Made by a program: the position numbers and the translations under genes. Below are positions 1 to 9,906 of a DNA stretch of 64,000 nucleotides, piece by piece (the stretch's first letter is position 1; every line of letters begins with the position of its first letter). The DNA lies in NCBI GenBank assembly GCA_046075565.1, contig JBJTQJ010000014.1, forward strand, positions 1-64,000, written 5' to 3'. This stretch comes from Verrucomicrobiales bacterium (GTDB lineage: Bacteria; Verrucomicrobiota; Verrucomicrobiia; Verrucomicrobiales; SLCJ01). The notes below the pieces were generated by a model. It was not told the DNA's origin, did no database searches, and saw only the letters and a list, made by a program, of their open reading frames with translations.

Positions 1-2714
1 TCTACTTGTTCGCGACGTGCCTCTTCTTGGCGACGTTGCATTTCCTCCTGCTGCTGACGACGCTGCTCCTCCATCTGTTCGCGACGCGCTTCCTCCTGAC
101 GGCGTTGCATCTCCTCCTGTTGCTGACGGCGTTGCTCTTCCATTTGCTGACGCCTCGCCTCTTCTTGTTCGCGACGTGCCTCTTCTTGGCGACGTTGCAT
201 TTCCTCCTGCTGCTGACGACGCTGCTCCTCCATCTGTTCGCGACGCGCTTCCTCCTGACGGCGCTGCATTTCCTCTTGTTGCTGGCGGCGCTGCTCCTCC
301 ATCTGTTCGCGACGTGCCTCTTCCTGGCGACGTTGCATTTCTTCCTGTTGCTGGCGGCGCTGCTCTTCCATCTGTTCGCGGCGCGCTTCCTCCTGTTTTT
401 CCGCGGCCTCTTCTTGCTGGCGCTTCATTTGTTCCTGCTGCTCGGCCTGCTGCCTCTCCATCGCCTCGCGCCTCGCCTCTTCTTGTTCGCGACGGGCTTC
501 TTCCTGACGGCGCTGCATTTCCTCCTGTTGCTGGCGGCGTTGCTCTTCCATCTGTTCGCGGCGCGACTCCTCCTGCTTTTCTGCAGCTTCCTCCTGTTGC
601 CGCTTCATTTTCTCCTGTTGTTCGGCCTGTTGCTTCTCCATCGCCTCGCGACGCGCCTCCTCCTGTTTTTCCGCGACCTCCTCTTGCTGGCGCTTCATTT
701 GCTCCTGTTGTTCAGCCTGTTGCTTCTCCATCGCCTGGCGGCGTGCCTCCTCCTGTTCGCCGCGTGCTTCTTCCTGGCGACGCTGCTCTTCCATCTGCTC
801 GCGGCGCGCCTCCTCCTGTTTTTCCGCGGCTTCATCCCGTTTTTCGGCGACCTCTTGCTGCTGCCGCTTCATTTGCTCCTGTTGGGCGGCTTGTTCTTTC
901 TCCATTGCCTCGCGGCGAGCTTCCTCTTGTTCGGCTGCCGCTTGCTCTTGTTGCATTTTGATTTGCTCCTCCTGTTCGGCACGCTGTCTCGCCATGACTT
1001 CCGCTTGCTCGCCTTCTTGTTTCTCCATGGTTTCACGATGCGCCTGCTCCTGCTGTTTGCGGGCTTCCTCTTCTTTTCCAGCGAGTTCTTCCTGCCGCTT
1101 CCTCATTTCTTCCTGTTGTTCGGCCATGGCTTGTTTCTCCTTTTCCAAGGCAGCTTCCCTCTCCCGTTCGCCCTCGGTATTTTTGCCGACCTGCTCTTGC
1201 TCCATCTTTTCCAGACGGGCCTGTTCCATGAGCCGGACTTCATTTTCCTCCCTTTGGCGGGTTTCCATTTGTTCACGTTGACTTTCCCCGGCCTTCGCTT
1301 GTTCCATGAGGATTTCTTCCTCACGAGCCCGCAGGGCTTCCTCGCGCTCGCGGATCGCGGCTTGCTCCAGCTCACGCTGTTGTTCTTCCCTCTGCTCGTT
1401 AGCGGCCCGGGCTTGCTCCATCGCCTCCGCCCGCGCGGCTTCCTCGTTCGCGATGTTCTGATTCTTTTCCATCTCCTCGCGCAGGCGTTCGCGTTCTTCG
1501 TTGGCAATTCCCTCGAAGTGATCCACAGGAGCGGCATCCTTAATTTGTCCAAGTTCCGGCGGGACTGGACAGTGCCCCCCGGTCTCGCGCACGGGCAGAT
1601 CCGGCACACGCACACATGGAACCACACGGGTTGGATCGCCGGGTAGAACAGGAATCGGTCCCGGTGTCTCGCAATGCTCAACGCGGGCACGCGGCGGCGG
1701 GCGGTGGCAAATACGCTCGATTTCATCCCGGCAGGGACCACCGACATTCAAGTGGATCGGGCGCTTGTATCTGTCGTTCGCGCAGATGATGCGGGTCACG
1801 TTGACCGTTTTCCGGATGATCGTGACGTTGTTATACACCGGTTGGCAAACGTTGATGTAGGTATTGGAGATGAAGGTGGTTTGCGGAATGAACGTGTAGC
1901 TCGACGGACCGAGGTCGTAGGAGAAATCAACGCCACTATCGTAGATGGGCGGGAGCGGTTCGGGCGATGGGGGCAAGGGTGCCCAGCCGATGTATTCATC
2001 ACCACGTCTCCACGAGACCCACGCGGGAGCCCATTCCCGCCCGGGAACCCAGATCCATCCGTGGTCGCGCAGTTCCACCCAACGACCATAGTGATAAACA
2101 GCCCAGCCGAAGGGTTCATTCGAGGACCATGCCCAACCTTTATCCGACCAAACCCATTGGCCGTCGAGGTAGGGTCTCCAGTTTTTGTTTGAAGCGACAT
2201 TCGGGCGGAAACAATACCCGTAGCCCTTGACGTCATACCAGCGTCCCAGCGGGGTGAGCTGCTCGTAAAACATGGTGAAATCAGCCACGTCACGCGCGGG
2301 GTCGGGTGCCGGTCCGGGCAGACGCGCCTCCGATTCGGCGAGTTTTTCCGAAAGTTCGAGGCTTTGGTCGCGGGCGGCGTCGGCCTTGGCCAAGATTTTC
2401 TCGTTCTCCTTCCGCAGCCCCTCAATCTCAGCCTGCAACTCCCGGTTTTCCTTTTCGCGGGCCTCGCGTTCAAGTTGGGCGATGCGCTGCTCGAGAGCAG
2501 CTCCTTGCTTCTCGATCTCCTCGGCTTGGCGGTCCAATGCCTCCCGAGCGGCTAGCAGCGCTGTGTTCGAAGCTTCGATTTCGCCTGCATCTACGACGGG
2601 CAGCTGCGCGTTTTCGGCCGCTGGGGGTGCCTCTTTCCGGCACGAAGGCAACACAAGCAGTGCGGCGGCGGCGAGAGTCAATCGGAGGGAAACGGAACGG
2701 GAATGTGGCTTCAT
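1..2714 (-). CDS. Lipoprotein with coiled coil, Trp-rich DUF6600-like domain and very long E/R/Q-rich repeat tail; 3' end runs off the window edge
   Basis: Manual translation from ATG 2714 gives MKPHSRSVSLRLTLAAAALLVLPSC (lipobox), then FYEQLTPLGRWYDVKGYGYCFRP...WRPYLDGQWVWSDKGWAW...PFGWAVYHYGRW...WIWVPGREWAPAWVSW, then EQMEEQRRQQQEEMQRRQEEARR-type repeats. It is absent from the ORF track because there is no stop within the window. Confidence 0.85.
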   Translation of the reverse strand, partial: MKPHSRSVSLRLTLAAAALLVLPSCRKEAPPAAENAQLPVVDAGEIEASNTALLAAREALDRQAEEIEKQGAALEQRIAQLEREAREKENRELQAEIEGLRKENEKILAKADAARDQSLELSEKLAESEARLPGPAPDPARDVADFTMFYEQLTPLGRWYDVKGYGYCFRPNVASNKNWRPYLDGQWVWSDKGWAWSSNEPFGWAVYHYGRWVELRDHGWIWVPGREWAPAWVSWRRGDEYIGWAPLPPSPEPLPPIYDSGVDFSYDLGPSSYTFIPQTTFISNTYINVCQPVYNNVTIIRKTVNVTRIICANDRYKRPIHLNVGGPCRDEIERICHRPPPRARVEHCETPGPIPVLPGDPTRVVPCVRVPDLPVRETGGHCPVPPELGQIKDAAPVDHFEGIANEERERLREEMEKNQNIANEEAARAEAMEQARAANEQREEQQRELEQAAIREREEALRAREEEILMEQAKAGESQREQMETRQREENEVRLMEQARLEKMEQEQVGKNTEGEREREAALEKEKQAMAEQQEEMRKRQEELAGKEEEARKQQEQAHRETMEKQEGEQAEVMARQRAEQEEQIKMQQEQAAAEQEEARREAMEKEQAAQQEQMKRQQQEVAEKRDEAAEKQEEARREQMEEQRRQEEARGEQEEARRQAMEKQQAEQQEQMKRQQEEVAEKQEEARREAMEKQQAEQQEKMKRQQEEAAEKQEESRREQMEEQRRQQQEEMQRRQEEARREQEEARREAMERQQAEQQEQMKRQQEEAAEKQEEARREQMEEQRRQQQEEMQRRQEEARREQMEEQRRQQQEEMQRRQEEARREQMEEQRRQQQEEMQRRQEEARREQEEARRQQMEEQRRQQQEEMQRRQEEARREQMEEQRRQQQEEMQRRQEEARREQV
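6..1500. repeat. Intragenic low-complexity tandem repeats encoding a charged E/R/Q helix, including a near-identical 159-bp duplication
   Basis: Block ttgttcgcgacgtgcctcttcttggcgacgttgcatttcctcctgctgctgacg occurs at 6 and again at 165; many degenerate copies follow. Confidence 0.9.
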
Positions 2715-2814
2715 GGGACTTTGGATGGCAGGCGACGCGGAATTATTCAAATGACTTCGCTTTCTGCCACGGTAACGGCTTGCCGGTGCCTCAGGGCCGG
2801 GGCATCTTGCCGCC

Positions 2815-4104
2815 ATGCTAATCGCCCTCAGGAGTTTTGGGTCCGCAAATCTCGCGATGGGGTTTGCATTGGCCCTGGCAACTGCGGGGCCGGCCCAGGA
2901 CGCGTTGTTCGAACGTCTGCCAATCCGGTATTCGGAAACCACCGCCAAAGACGCGGCCAGCCGGATGATGGCCGACATCGAAGCCGGGCGACTCGTCCTG
3001 CCGAAAGATTCCCCGCGCAACACCCTGCGGGAGGTCTTGCGGGTTCTCCAAGTGCCGGAATGGTCGCAGGTGCTGGTCTTTTCCAAGACAAGCGAACAGT
3101 TCGGCCTCATCCATCCGGGCAATCCAAGGGCGGTATATTTTTCCGATGATGTGTATGTCGGCTACGTGCCGGGAGGGCTGATCGAGATAGCGGCTTCGGA
3201 TCCCGCTCTCGGCATGGTCTTCCACACCATCGATCCGAGGGCACCTTCAGCGAAGCCGACGCGCGATGATTCCTGCCTCAGTTGCCATGCTTCCGTGCGC
3301 ACGGAAAGAATACCCGGAGTGATGGTGCGGTCGATTTTTCCAGATGAGGATGGCCGACCGATCGGCGCAGCCGGTGGATTCGACACAACCGACGCGAGCC
3401 CACTTTCCGAGCGCTGGGGCGGTTGGTATGTGACGGGTCGCCATGGCTTGGCCCGCCATATGGGAAATGTGACCGCCCGTGGCGAGGATGCCGAGCCGAC
3501 CCTCGACCGCGACGCAGGCGCAAATCTTCGCGATCTCGCCGGAAAATTCCCCGCTGGACTTCATCTGCGAGACGACAGCGACATTGTCGCCTTGCTGGTG
3601 CTCGAACACCAATGCCGGATGCACAACCGCATCCACCTCGCCAATCAAGACACCCTGCGCGCCCAGTGGATGCACGAGCAAATCCACCCCGGCACCCCGC
3701 AAGATGGACCGGACACGGCAGTTACGGCGACACTGTCGCGAGTTGCTGATTCCCTGGTGAGGGGCTTCCTTTTCAGCGACGAAGCGGATATCGGAGAGGA
3801 CATCGCAGGCGGGAGCGAATTTGCGCGCCGCTGCGAGGAAGCCGGTCCCAAAGATTCTGATGGTCACTCGTTGCGGACACTGCGTTTGCACCACCGGCTC
3901 TTCAAGTATCGTTGCTCCTACATGATCCATTCGCCGTCTTTTGCCGCCGCAGCACCCGCCTTGCGGAAGGCCACTCTCGAGCGGATGGCCCGGGAGCTTG
4001 CCGACTCCGCCGCCACCGGTTTGGCCCATCACATCCCAGAACGGGAAAGGCAGCAATTGGCGGCCCTGCTCGCCTCGACGATCGCCGATTGGCCGAAGCT
4101 CTGA
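2815..4104 (+). CDS. Secreted hypothetical protein with a single CxxCH (putative c-type cytochrome) motif
   Basis: Signal-peptide-like N-terminus, a CLSCH motif and an ERWGGWYVTG block; the start could be at 2857. Confidence 0.7.
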   Translation: MLIALRSFGSANLAMGFALALATAGPAQDALFERLPIRYSETTAKDAASRMMADIEAGRLVLPKDSPRNTLREVLRVLQVPEWSQVLVFSKTSEQFGLIHPGNPRAVYFSDDVYVGYVPGGLIEIAASDPALGMVFHTIDPRAPSAKPTRDDSCLSCHASVRTERIPGVMVRSIFPDEDGRPIGAAGGFDTTDASPLSERWGGWYVTGRHGLARHMGNVTARGEDAEPTLDRDAGANLRDLAGKFPAGLHLRDDSDIVALLVLEHQCRMHNRIHLANQDTLRAQWMHEQIHPGTPQDGPDTAVTATLSRVADSLVRGFLFSDEADIGEDIAGGSEFARRCEEAGPKDSDGHSLRTLRLHHRLFKYRCSYMIHSPSFAAAAPALRKATLERMARELADSAATGLAHHIPERERQQLAALLASTIADWPKL

Positions 4105-4197
4105 CGGTATCTGCGATTCCGCCCGGTTCCCCGCCAATTCCACTTGGCGAGGAGAAAAATCCCGCCATGATGCGGGGTAACTTTTCCATCTCGGTTC

Positions 4198-5316
4198 ATG
4201 AATTCCCGCGAAGCTTTTCTCGCTCTCACTCTCCTGCCCCGTGTCGGGCCGGTGACGATTCGGCGTTTGCTCGATCATTTCCAGGAACCGGAAGCGGTCT
4301 TCAAGGCGGATGAACGCTCCCTCCAGGCCGTGGAAGGGATCGGCCCAGCCATGGCGAAGGTGATTCATGGATGGGAAAACGAGATCGATTTGGCCACGGA
4401 AAAACGCCGCATCCGCGAAACGGGCGCGAATTTCGTCACCATCCGGGAGGAAAACTACCCCACCCTGCTCAAGGAGATCCACGACCCACCTCCCGGGCTT
4501 TATGTGCTCGGGGACCTTACGGAACGCGACCACCATGCCGTGGCCGTGGTCGGCTCCCGGCGCTCGACCCACTATGGGAATAGCTGCGCACGGAAGCTAT
4601 CCTACCAACTCGCGGCCGCTGGAATCACCGTCGTTTCCGGACTGGCTCGGGGCATCGACACCGCCGCCCACGAGGGGGCGGTCGAGGCCAAAGGTCGCAC
4701 CATCGCGGTGATCGGTTGTGGGCTCGGAAACATTTACCCGCCGGAAAACGAGGGCCTGGCCCGTCGCATCTCCGATGGCCACGGGGCGGTGATTTCCGAG
4801 TTTCCCATCGACCAAATCCCCGACAAGACCACTTTCCCGATGCGCAACCGTATCGTCTCCGGACTCTCGCGCGGACTGCTCGTGGTGGAGTGCCCGGCGT
4901 GGTCAGGGGCCATGATCACTGCCAATCTCGCCGCCGAACACGGGCGCAATGTCTATGCCGTTCCGGGTCCTATCGACCGCCCGAGTTCCGAGGGTTGCCA
5001 CAAATTGCTCAAGGACGGCGCGAAACTGGTGACCTCCGCCGATGACATTCTCGAGGATTTTTCCTGGCTCCTCCCGCCCTCGGAAATACCCGGTTTCAAG
5101 GAAAACCAGGAGAGTCAGAAAGCAGCGAATCGCCCTGCTCTCGAAGGCGAGGAAGCTCAGATATTCGCGGCCATCGATGCCACCGAATCCCATATTGATG
5201 CCATTATTTCCCAGACCGGCCTGCCTGCTTCAACAGTGTCAGTTTCGCTACTCAAGATGGAGCTTAAGCGATTGGTAAAGCAGCTTCCTGGGCAGTTTTA
5301 CACGCGTTTGCAGTAA
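4198..5316 (+). CDS. dprA: DNA-processing protein DprA
   Basis: AVVGSR, VSGLARGIDTAAH and FPMRNRIVSGL motifs; C-terminal winged helix. Confidence 0.97.
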   Translation: MNSREAFLALTLLPRVGPVTIRRLLDHFQEPEAVFKADERSLQAVEGIGPAMAKVIHGWENEIDLATEKRRIRETGANFVTIREENYPTLLKEIHDPPPGLYVLGDLTERDHHAVAVVGSRRSTHYGNSCARKLSYQLAAAGITVVSGLARGIDTAAHEGAVEAKGRTIAVIGCGLGNIYPPENEGLARRISDGHGAVISEFPIDQIPDKTTFPMRNRIVSGLSRGLLVVECPAWSGAMITANLAAEHGRNVYAVPGPIDRPSSEGCHKLLKDGAKLVTSADDILEDFSWLLPPSEIPGFKENQESQKAANRPALEGEEAQIFAAIDATESHIDAIISQTGLPASTVSVSLLKMELKRLVKQLPGQFYTRLQ

Positions 5317-5646
5317 GAGGAAATCCGCTCGAAAAAGCAGGCCAAAAGCCAACGATCTGGACAATTTACGCGGGTCGCGTAAAAAAACGGCGACTCATCC
5401 CTCAGCTCGAAGAACAAAGTTGTAGCCCGCTGAACACCGGCGTCCCCTCGCGTCTCCCGGCAGGTCAGAATAGAGCTCCTTGTGACCACCCACCCACCCC
5501 AGATTTACCAGCTCTGATTTTCCGCGGAAAACGTAACAAGTCGGGAAACTTTGTCCCGGCAGGGAAATTTGCGCCCGTCCTTGCCAAAGTCCGCCCATTC
5601 CGCCACAGTTCGGGTTCGCTGACCCTAACCACAGACCATTTTCCCC

Positions 5647-8193
5647 ATGTCCAGAACGCTTATCATCGCCGAAAAGCCCAGTGTCGCGGCCGACCTCGCC
5701 AAGGTCTTGGCCAAGGCTCCCGGCATGGGCAAATTCGACAAGGTCGGCGACCACTACGAAAACGAGGCCGCGATCATTGCTTCGGCGGTGGGCCACTTGG
5801 TCGAACTGAAGATGCCCATGACGGCAGAAGGAAAGAGCCTGCCCTGGAGTTTCAAGCACCTGCCGGCCATTCCCGAGGAATTCGAGTTGGCCCCCATCGA
5901 GGATTCGAAAGAAAAGCTGCGCTCCATCGTCAAGCTGGCGAAGCAGAAGGATGTCTCCCGTATCGTCAATGCCTGCGACGCCGGGCGCGAGGGGGAGCTC
6001 ATTTTCCGCTACATCCTGCGCATCGGGAAAATCGACAAGCCCATCAACCGCCTCTGGATGCAGTCCATGACCGCCGGCTCCATCCTCGACGCTTGGAAAA
6101 CCTTGCGTGACGATGAGGAAATGCGCCCCTTGGCCGACGCGGCCGTCTGTCGTTCGGAGGCCGACTGGCTGGTTGGGCTGAATGCCACCCGCGTGCTCAC
6201 CGCCTTCAATTCGCGCCATGGCGGGTTCACGCTCACCCCCGCCGGGCGCGTGCAGACTCCAACCCTCATGATCCTCGCGGAACGGGAGAAGCTCATCCAA
6301 GCCTTTGTGCCGCGCGATTACCATGAAGTGCTCGGAACGTTTTCCGTTGTCTCCGGCACCTACCCCGGCCGCTGGATCCAACCCGATTTCAAAAAGGATC
6401 CCGACGACGACCAGAAACGCGAGGAACGCATCTGGACGTTGGCCGAGGCCGAAGCCATTCGCAGCCGGTGCTTGGGCAAGACCGGCACGATTGAGGAGGA
6501 AAAGAAGGAACTCAAGCAGTCCGCCAAACCACTCTACGACCTCACCAGCCTTCAACGGGAGGCCAGCGGACGTTTCGGCTTCTCGGCCCGCCGCACTTTG
6601 GACTTGGCCCAAAGGCTTTACGAGCGTTACAAGGCGCTCACCTACCCGAGAACGGATTCTCGCTACCTGCCGGAAGACTATGTCGGGGCGGTGAAGGACA
6701 CCCTTGGCAATCTCGCCGGCGACTTGCACGACGACCGGGCCGGATTTGCCGCACGCGCTCTGGAGAAGAACTGGGTCTTCAAAACTTCGCGCGTCTTCGA
6801 CAACAAAAAGGTCAGCGATCACTTCGCCATCATCCCGACCGGCCAGGTGCCGAAGGATCTCGATGCCGACCTTGCGAAGATTTACGATCTTGTTGTCCGG
6901 CGCTTCATCGCGGTCTTTTACCCGCAGGCCGAATATGATGTCACAACCCGGCTCACCCGTATCGCCCATGCGGACGGCGTGACCGATACCTTCAAGACGA
7001 ATGGGCGGGTGCTCCGTGTTCCCGGCTGGCTTGAAGTGTATGGCCGTGCCGCCGAGGTCTCGGTTGGCGAAGAAGCCGATCTCGCGCCCGTTTCCCCGGG
7101 AGAAAAAGCCGCCGTCGCGAAATTGGAAATCAAACACGACGTGACCAAACCACCGGCGCGCTACAACGAAGGCACCCTGCTTTCCGCGATGGAAAACGCT
7201 GGCAAACGCGTCGAGGACGAAGAACTCGCCGAAGCCATGAAGGAACGCGGACTGGGAACTCCCGCCACGCGTGCGGCAACGATTGAAGGTCTGATCGGTC
7301 AGAAATATGTCGCCCGCGATGGTAGAGAGCTGGTTGTCACCCCCAAAGGACTCGACCTCGTCAATCTGCTATCAGATATCGGCATCGAAGCCCTCACCTC
7401 GCCGGAGATGACCGGAGACTGGGAATACAAGCTCCGGCAGATGGAACACCGTGAGCTTCCCCGGACGCGCTTCATGAGCGAGATCAAGGCCATGACGCGC
7501 ACCATCGTGCTGAAGGTCAAGCAGGCCGCCGAGGAGTCCGCGCGCCGGGTTTATCCTGATCTCAAGGCCACTTGTCCGGCTTGCCGCGGCACGGTGATCA
7601 ACCACACCGACAACTACTATTCCTGTGCCAATCCGGAATGCTCGTGGCGCATGAAAACTTATGTCGCCCAGCGCGCGATCACACCGGCTGAAGTGATCAC
7701 CTTGCTTGAAAAAGGCAGCGTCGGTCCCTTCTCCGGATTCAAGAACCGCTTCCACAAGGAATTCGAAGCCGCTCTCGAAATCGACGACAAGGGCAAGGTG
7801 CAATTCCGCTTCGCCGATCAGGGCGATAGCGAGGAGAGCGACCCCGCCAATCTGGGAGAACCCATCGCCCGCATTTCCTTGCCCGGTGGAGGGGACGCTC
7901 CCGTCTATGAAACCGAAAAAGCCTATCTTTGCCCGGACCTCAAATCACCGGCCGAGCCGAAAGGCGTGCGCATCTCCAAGCAGATCCTGCAGCGCGCGAT
8001 TCCCCGTGACCAGGCCATCAAACTCTTTACCGAGCATAAGACCGACCTACTCCAGGGATTTGTCTCGAAGAGCAAACGCCGCTTTGCCGCCCATCTCGTC
8101 TTCGATCCCAAGACCGGGAAAATCGGATTCGAGTTCGCCGAGCGCAAAGGCCCGCCACGCAAAGCCGCTGCCAAAAAGAGCAAGGAGAAGTGA
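5647..8193 (+). CDS. topB: DNA topoisomerase III (type IA)
   Basis: [36 protein letters not shown], catalytic LTYPRTD, and C-terminal repeats. Confidence 0.93.
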   Translation: MSRTLIIAEKPSVAADLAKVLAKAPGMGKFDKVGDHYENEAAIIASAVGHLVELKMPMTAEGKSLPWSFKHLPAIPEEFELAPIEDSKEKLRSIVKLAKQKDVSRIVNACDAGREGELIFRYILRIGKIDKPINRLWMQSMTAGSILDAWKTLRDDEEMRPLADAAVCRSEADWLVGLNATRVLTAFNSRHGGFTLTPAGRVQTPTLMILAEREKLIQAFVPRDYHEVLGTFSVVSGTYPGRWIQPDFKKDPDDDQKREERIWTLAEAEAIRSRCLGKTGTIEEEKKELKQSAKPLYDLTSLQREASGRFGFSARRTLDLAQRLYERYKALTYPRTDSRYLPEDYVGAVKDTLGNLAGDLHDDRAGFAARALEKNWVFKTSRVFDNKKVSDHFAIIPTGQVPKDLDADLAKIYDLVVRRFIAVFYPQAEYDVTTRLTRIAHADGVTDTFKTNGRVLRVPGWLEVYGRAAEVSVGEEADLAPVSPGEKAAVAKLEIKHDVTKPPARYNEGTLLSAMENAGKRVEDEELAEAMKERGLGTPATRAATIEGLIGQKYVARDGRELVVTPKGLDLVNLLSDIGIEALTSPEMTGDWEYKLRQMEHRELPRTRFMSEIKAMTRTIVLKVKQAAEESARRVYPDLKATCPACRGTVINHTDNYYSCANPECSWRMKTYVAQRAITPAEVITLLEKGSVGPFSGFKNRFHKEFEAALEIDDKGKVQFRFADQGDSEESDPANLGEPIARISLPGGGDAPVYETEKAYLCPDLKSPAEPKGVRISKQILQRAIPRDQAIKLFTEHKTDLLQGFVSKSKRRFAAHLVFDPKTGKIGFEFAERKGPPRKAAAKKSKEK

Positions 8194-8203
8194 GCCCTGT
8201 GGC

Positions 8204-9550
8204 TCACTTGACCGCACTTTCAAAAGGAAGCGGCGGGCGGGGTCCACTCGGCTGGATTTTCTCGAAGACGGCTTGCAAGGCCGCCTTCGCTTTTTCCGCT
8301 TCCGGGTCATTTTCGGCGGCGGGTTTTTCAAGCGGAAGGGAACGACCATCGATCAACTTCCCGTCGTCCCGGAAAAGCCGGAAATTCCCATCGAACAGGG
8401 TTTCGCCACCGTGCCGCTTGCCCAAGGCATTGTGGGTCCAAACACGAGGGATACCCGGTTTGCCATGAATTTGAGGCACGAGACTGCGGCCATCAATGGA
8501 TAGGGTCGCGGGAATCTTCGTATCCGCTAGCTCGCAGATGGTCGGGAAAAGATCGACCACATCCACGAGGTCGTCGCAGGCTTTGCCAACAGGCACGGCG
8601 GGTGGTCCCCAGACCAGGAACGGAACATGGCAGCCCCCGTCCTTGAGTTCGAACTTGCCCCCATTGACGTTGCCGGCGGTGGTGTGGCGTGTGTGTGGCA
8701 ATTCCCCCGGCTGATCGGCTTTCGGATTTTTGAAGTCGGCCTCCCAGGTGTCGTTGTCGCCCATGAAGAAAACATAGGTATTGTCGCGGATGCCGAGGGC
8801 CTCGACTTCGTCTAGCAATTTGCCGACGAGTTTGTCCATGTAGTGGATGAAATTGGGAAGGCTGGCCTCTCGCCCGAGTTTGCGATCATCCGGTGTCTCC
8901 ACCACCGGCCAATGAGGCAACAATTCGTTGTGCAGAATAAGGAAAGGCTTGTTCGTCGCCTTCGCTTCCCTCATCCGCGCGATGACGAATTCCACGAGCA
9001 CGTCCGGACCGAATCTCTCGGCGATGTCGTCTCGGAGTTTCCCATCATGATTGAAGGTGGCATTCCAATGGCGGTCGGTCTTTTTACCATTGAGATAGAT
9101 CTGCCAGACACACCACGAATCGAAACCAGCGTCGCGGATATGGTTCGGGTGGTGCTGTAGTGTAGCGAGCTGCCATTTTCCAGTCACACTGGTTTGATAT
9201 CCGTTGCCGCGGAGCTGCTGGGCGAACGTGGGCATCTTCTGGAAATCCACGATTTTCTTCGTGCCATTGTGCACGGGAAGCACGTCGTAATGCCCGTGGC
9301 GATTCGTGTAAAGACCCGTGTGCAGGCTCACCCGTGACGGCGTGCACACCGGGCTCGTGTAGGCGCGATTGAACTTCAGCCCGTTCGCCGCCATGCGGTT
9401 GAGATTCGGCGTTTCGAAATCCAGACCGCCATAGCAGTTGAGCGCCTCGTAACCTATGTCATCCGCGAAGATGAGGAGGATGTTCGGACGAGGAGCGGAT
9501 TGCGCGACCGAGCAAAAGCAGAACAAAATGACGGCGATGATGGTTTTCAT
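8204..9550 (-). CDS. Sulfatase (formylglycine-dependent, S1 type)
   Basis: Signal peptide, RPNILLIFADD, CTPSR and GKWQL. Confidence 0.93.
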   Translation of the reverse strand: MKTIIAVILFCFCSVAQSAPRPNILLIFADDIGYEALNCYGGLDFETPNLNRMAANGLKFNRAYTSPVCTPSRVSLHTGLYTNRHGHYDVLPVHNGTKKIVDFQKMPTFAQQLRGNGYQTSVTGKWQLATLQHHPNHIRDAGFDSWCVWQIYLNGKKTDRHWNATFNHDGKLRDDIAERFGPDVLVEFVIARMREAKATNKPFLILHNELLPHWPVVETPDDRKLGREASLPNFIHYMDKLVGKLLDEVEALGIRDNTYVFFMGDNDTWEADFKNPKADQPGELPHTRHTTAGNVNGGKFELKDGGCHVPFLVWGPPAVPVGKACDDLVDVVDLFPTICELADTKIPATLSIDGRSLVPQIHGKPGIPRVWTHNALGKRHGGETLFDGNFRLFRDDGKLIDGRSLPLEKPAAENDPEAEKAKAALQAVFEKIQPSGPRPPLPFESAVK

Positions 9551-9906
9551 ACGAGAGCGAACACGTTTTCAATCTTCGGGTTGGTCGGCCGGCTGCGCGG
9601 GTTCAGCAGTCCACGCGAGGAACGACGGGTTTGTTCGACTCCTCGTTGGCCGGAGCCGGGTGGCAGAGAGGCAAAAAACAGAAAACAGAGATGCAAGTTT
9701 TTGCGGTGATGCTCATTGCGTGGTTCATACCGGAGAATTCACCGGGAGAAAAGCCCCATATTGGCCTTTTCCCGCGGAAAACTAGGCCTCTGGAATCGTT
9801 TTTCCTCGTCGACGAGAATGTCCTGTTTGCACCGGTCGGCATTTTTTGTCCGCTGGCATTGGCTTAGTCCATCACCACACGGGGTTTGGATGTCAAAGTC
9901 CAACCT

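Noticed and set aside
1-1500. Repeats considered as a possible CRISPR array
   Set aside because: They are in-frame coding repeats with no constant repeat/unique spacer pattern, and there are no cas genes in the window.
6-1646. 546-aa Leu/Phe-rich plus-strand ORF that looks like a giant membrane protein
   Set aside because: It is the codon-aligned antisense shadow of the E/R/Q repeat gene on the minus strand, which has a lipobox and a recognisable domain.
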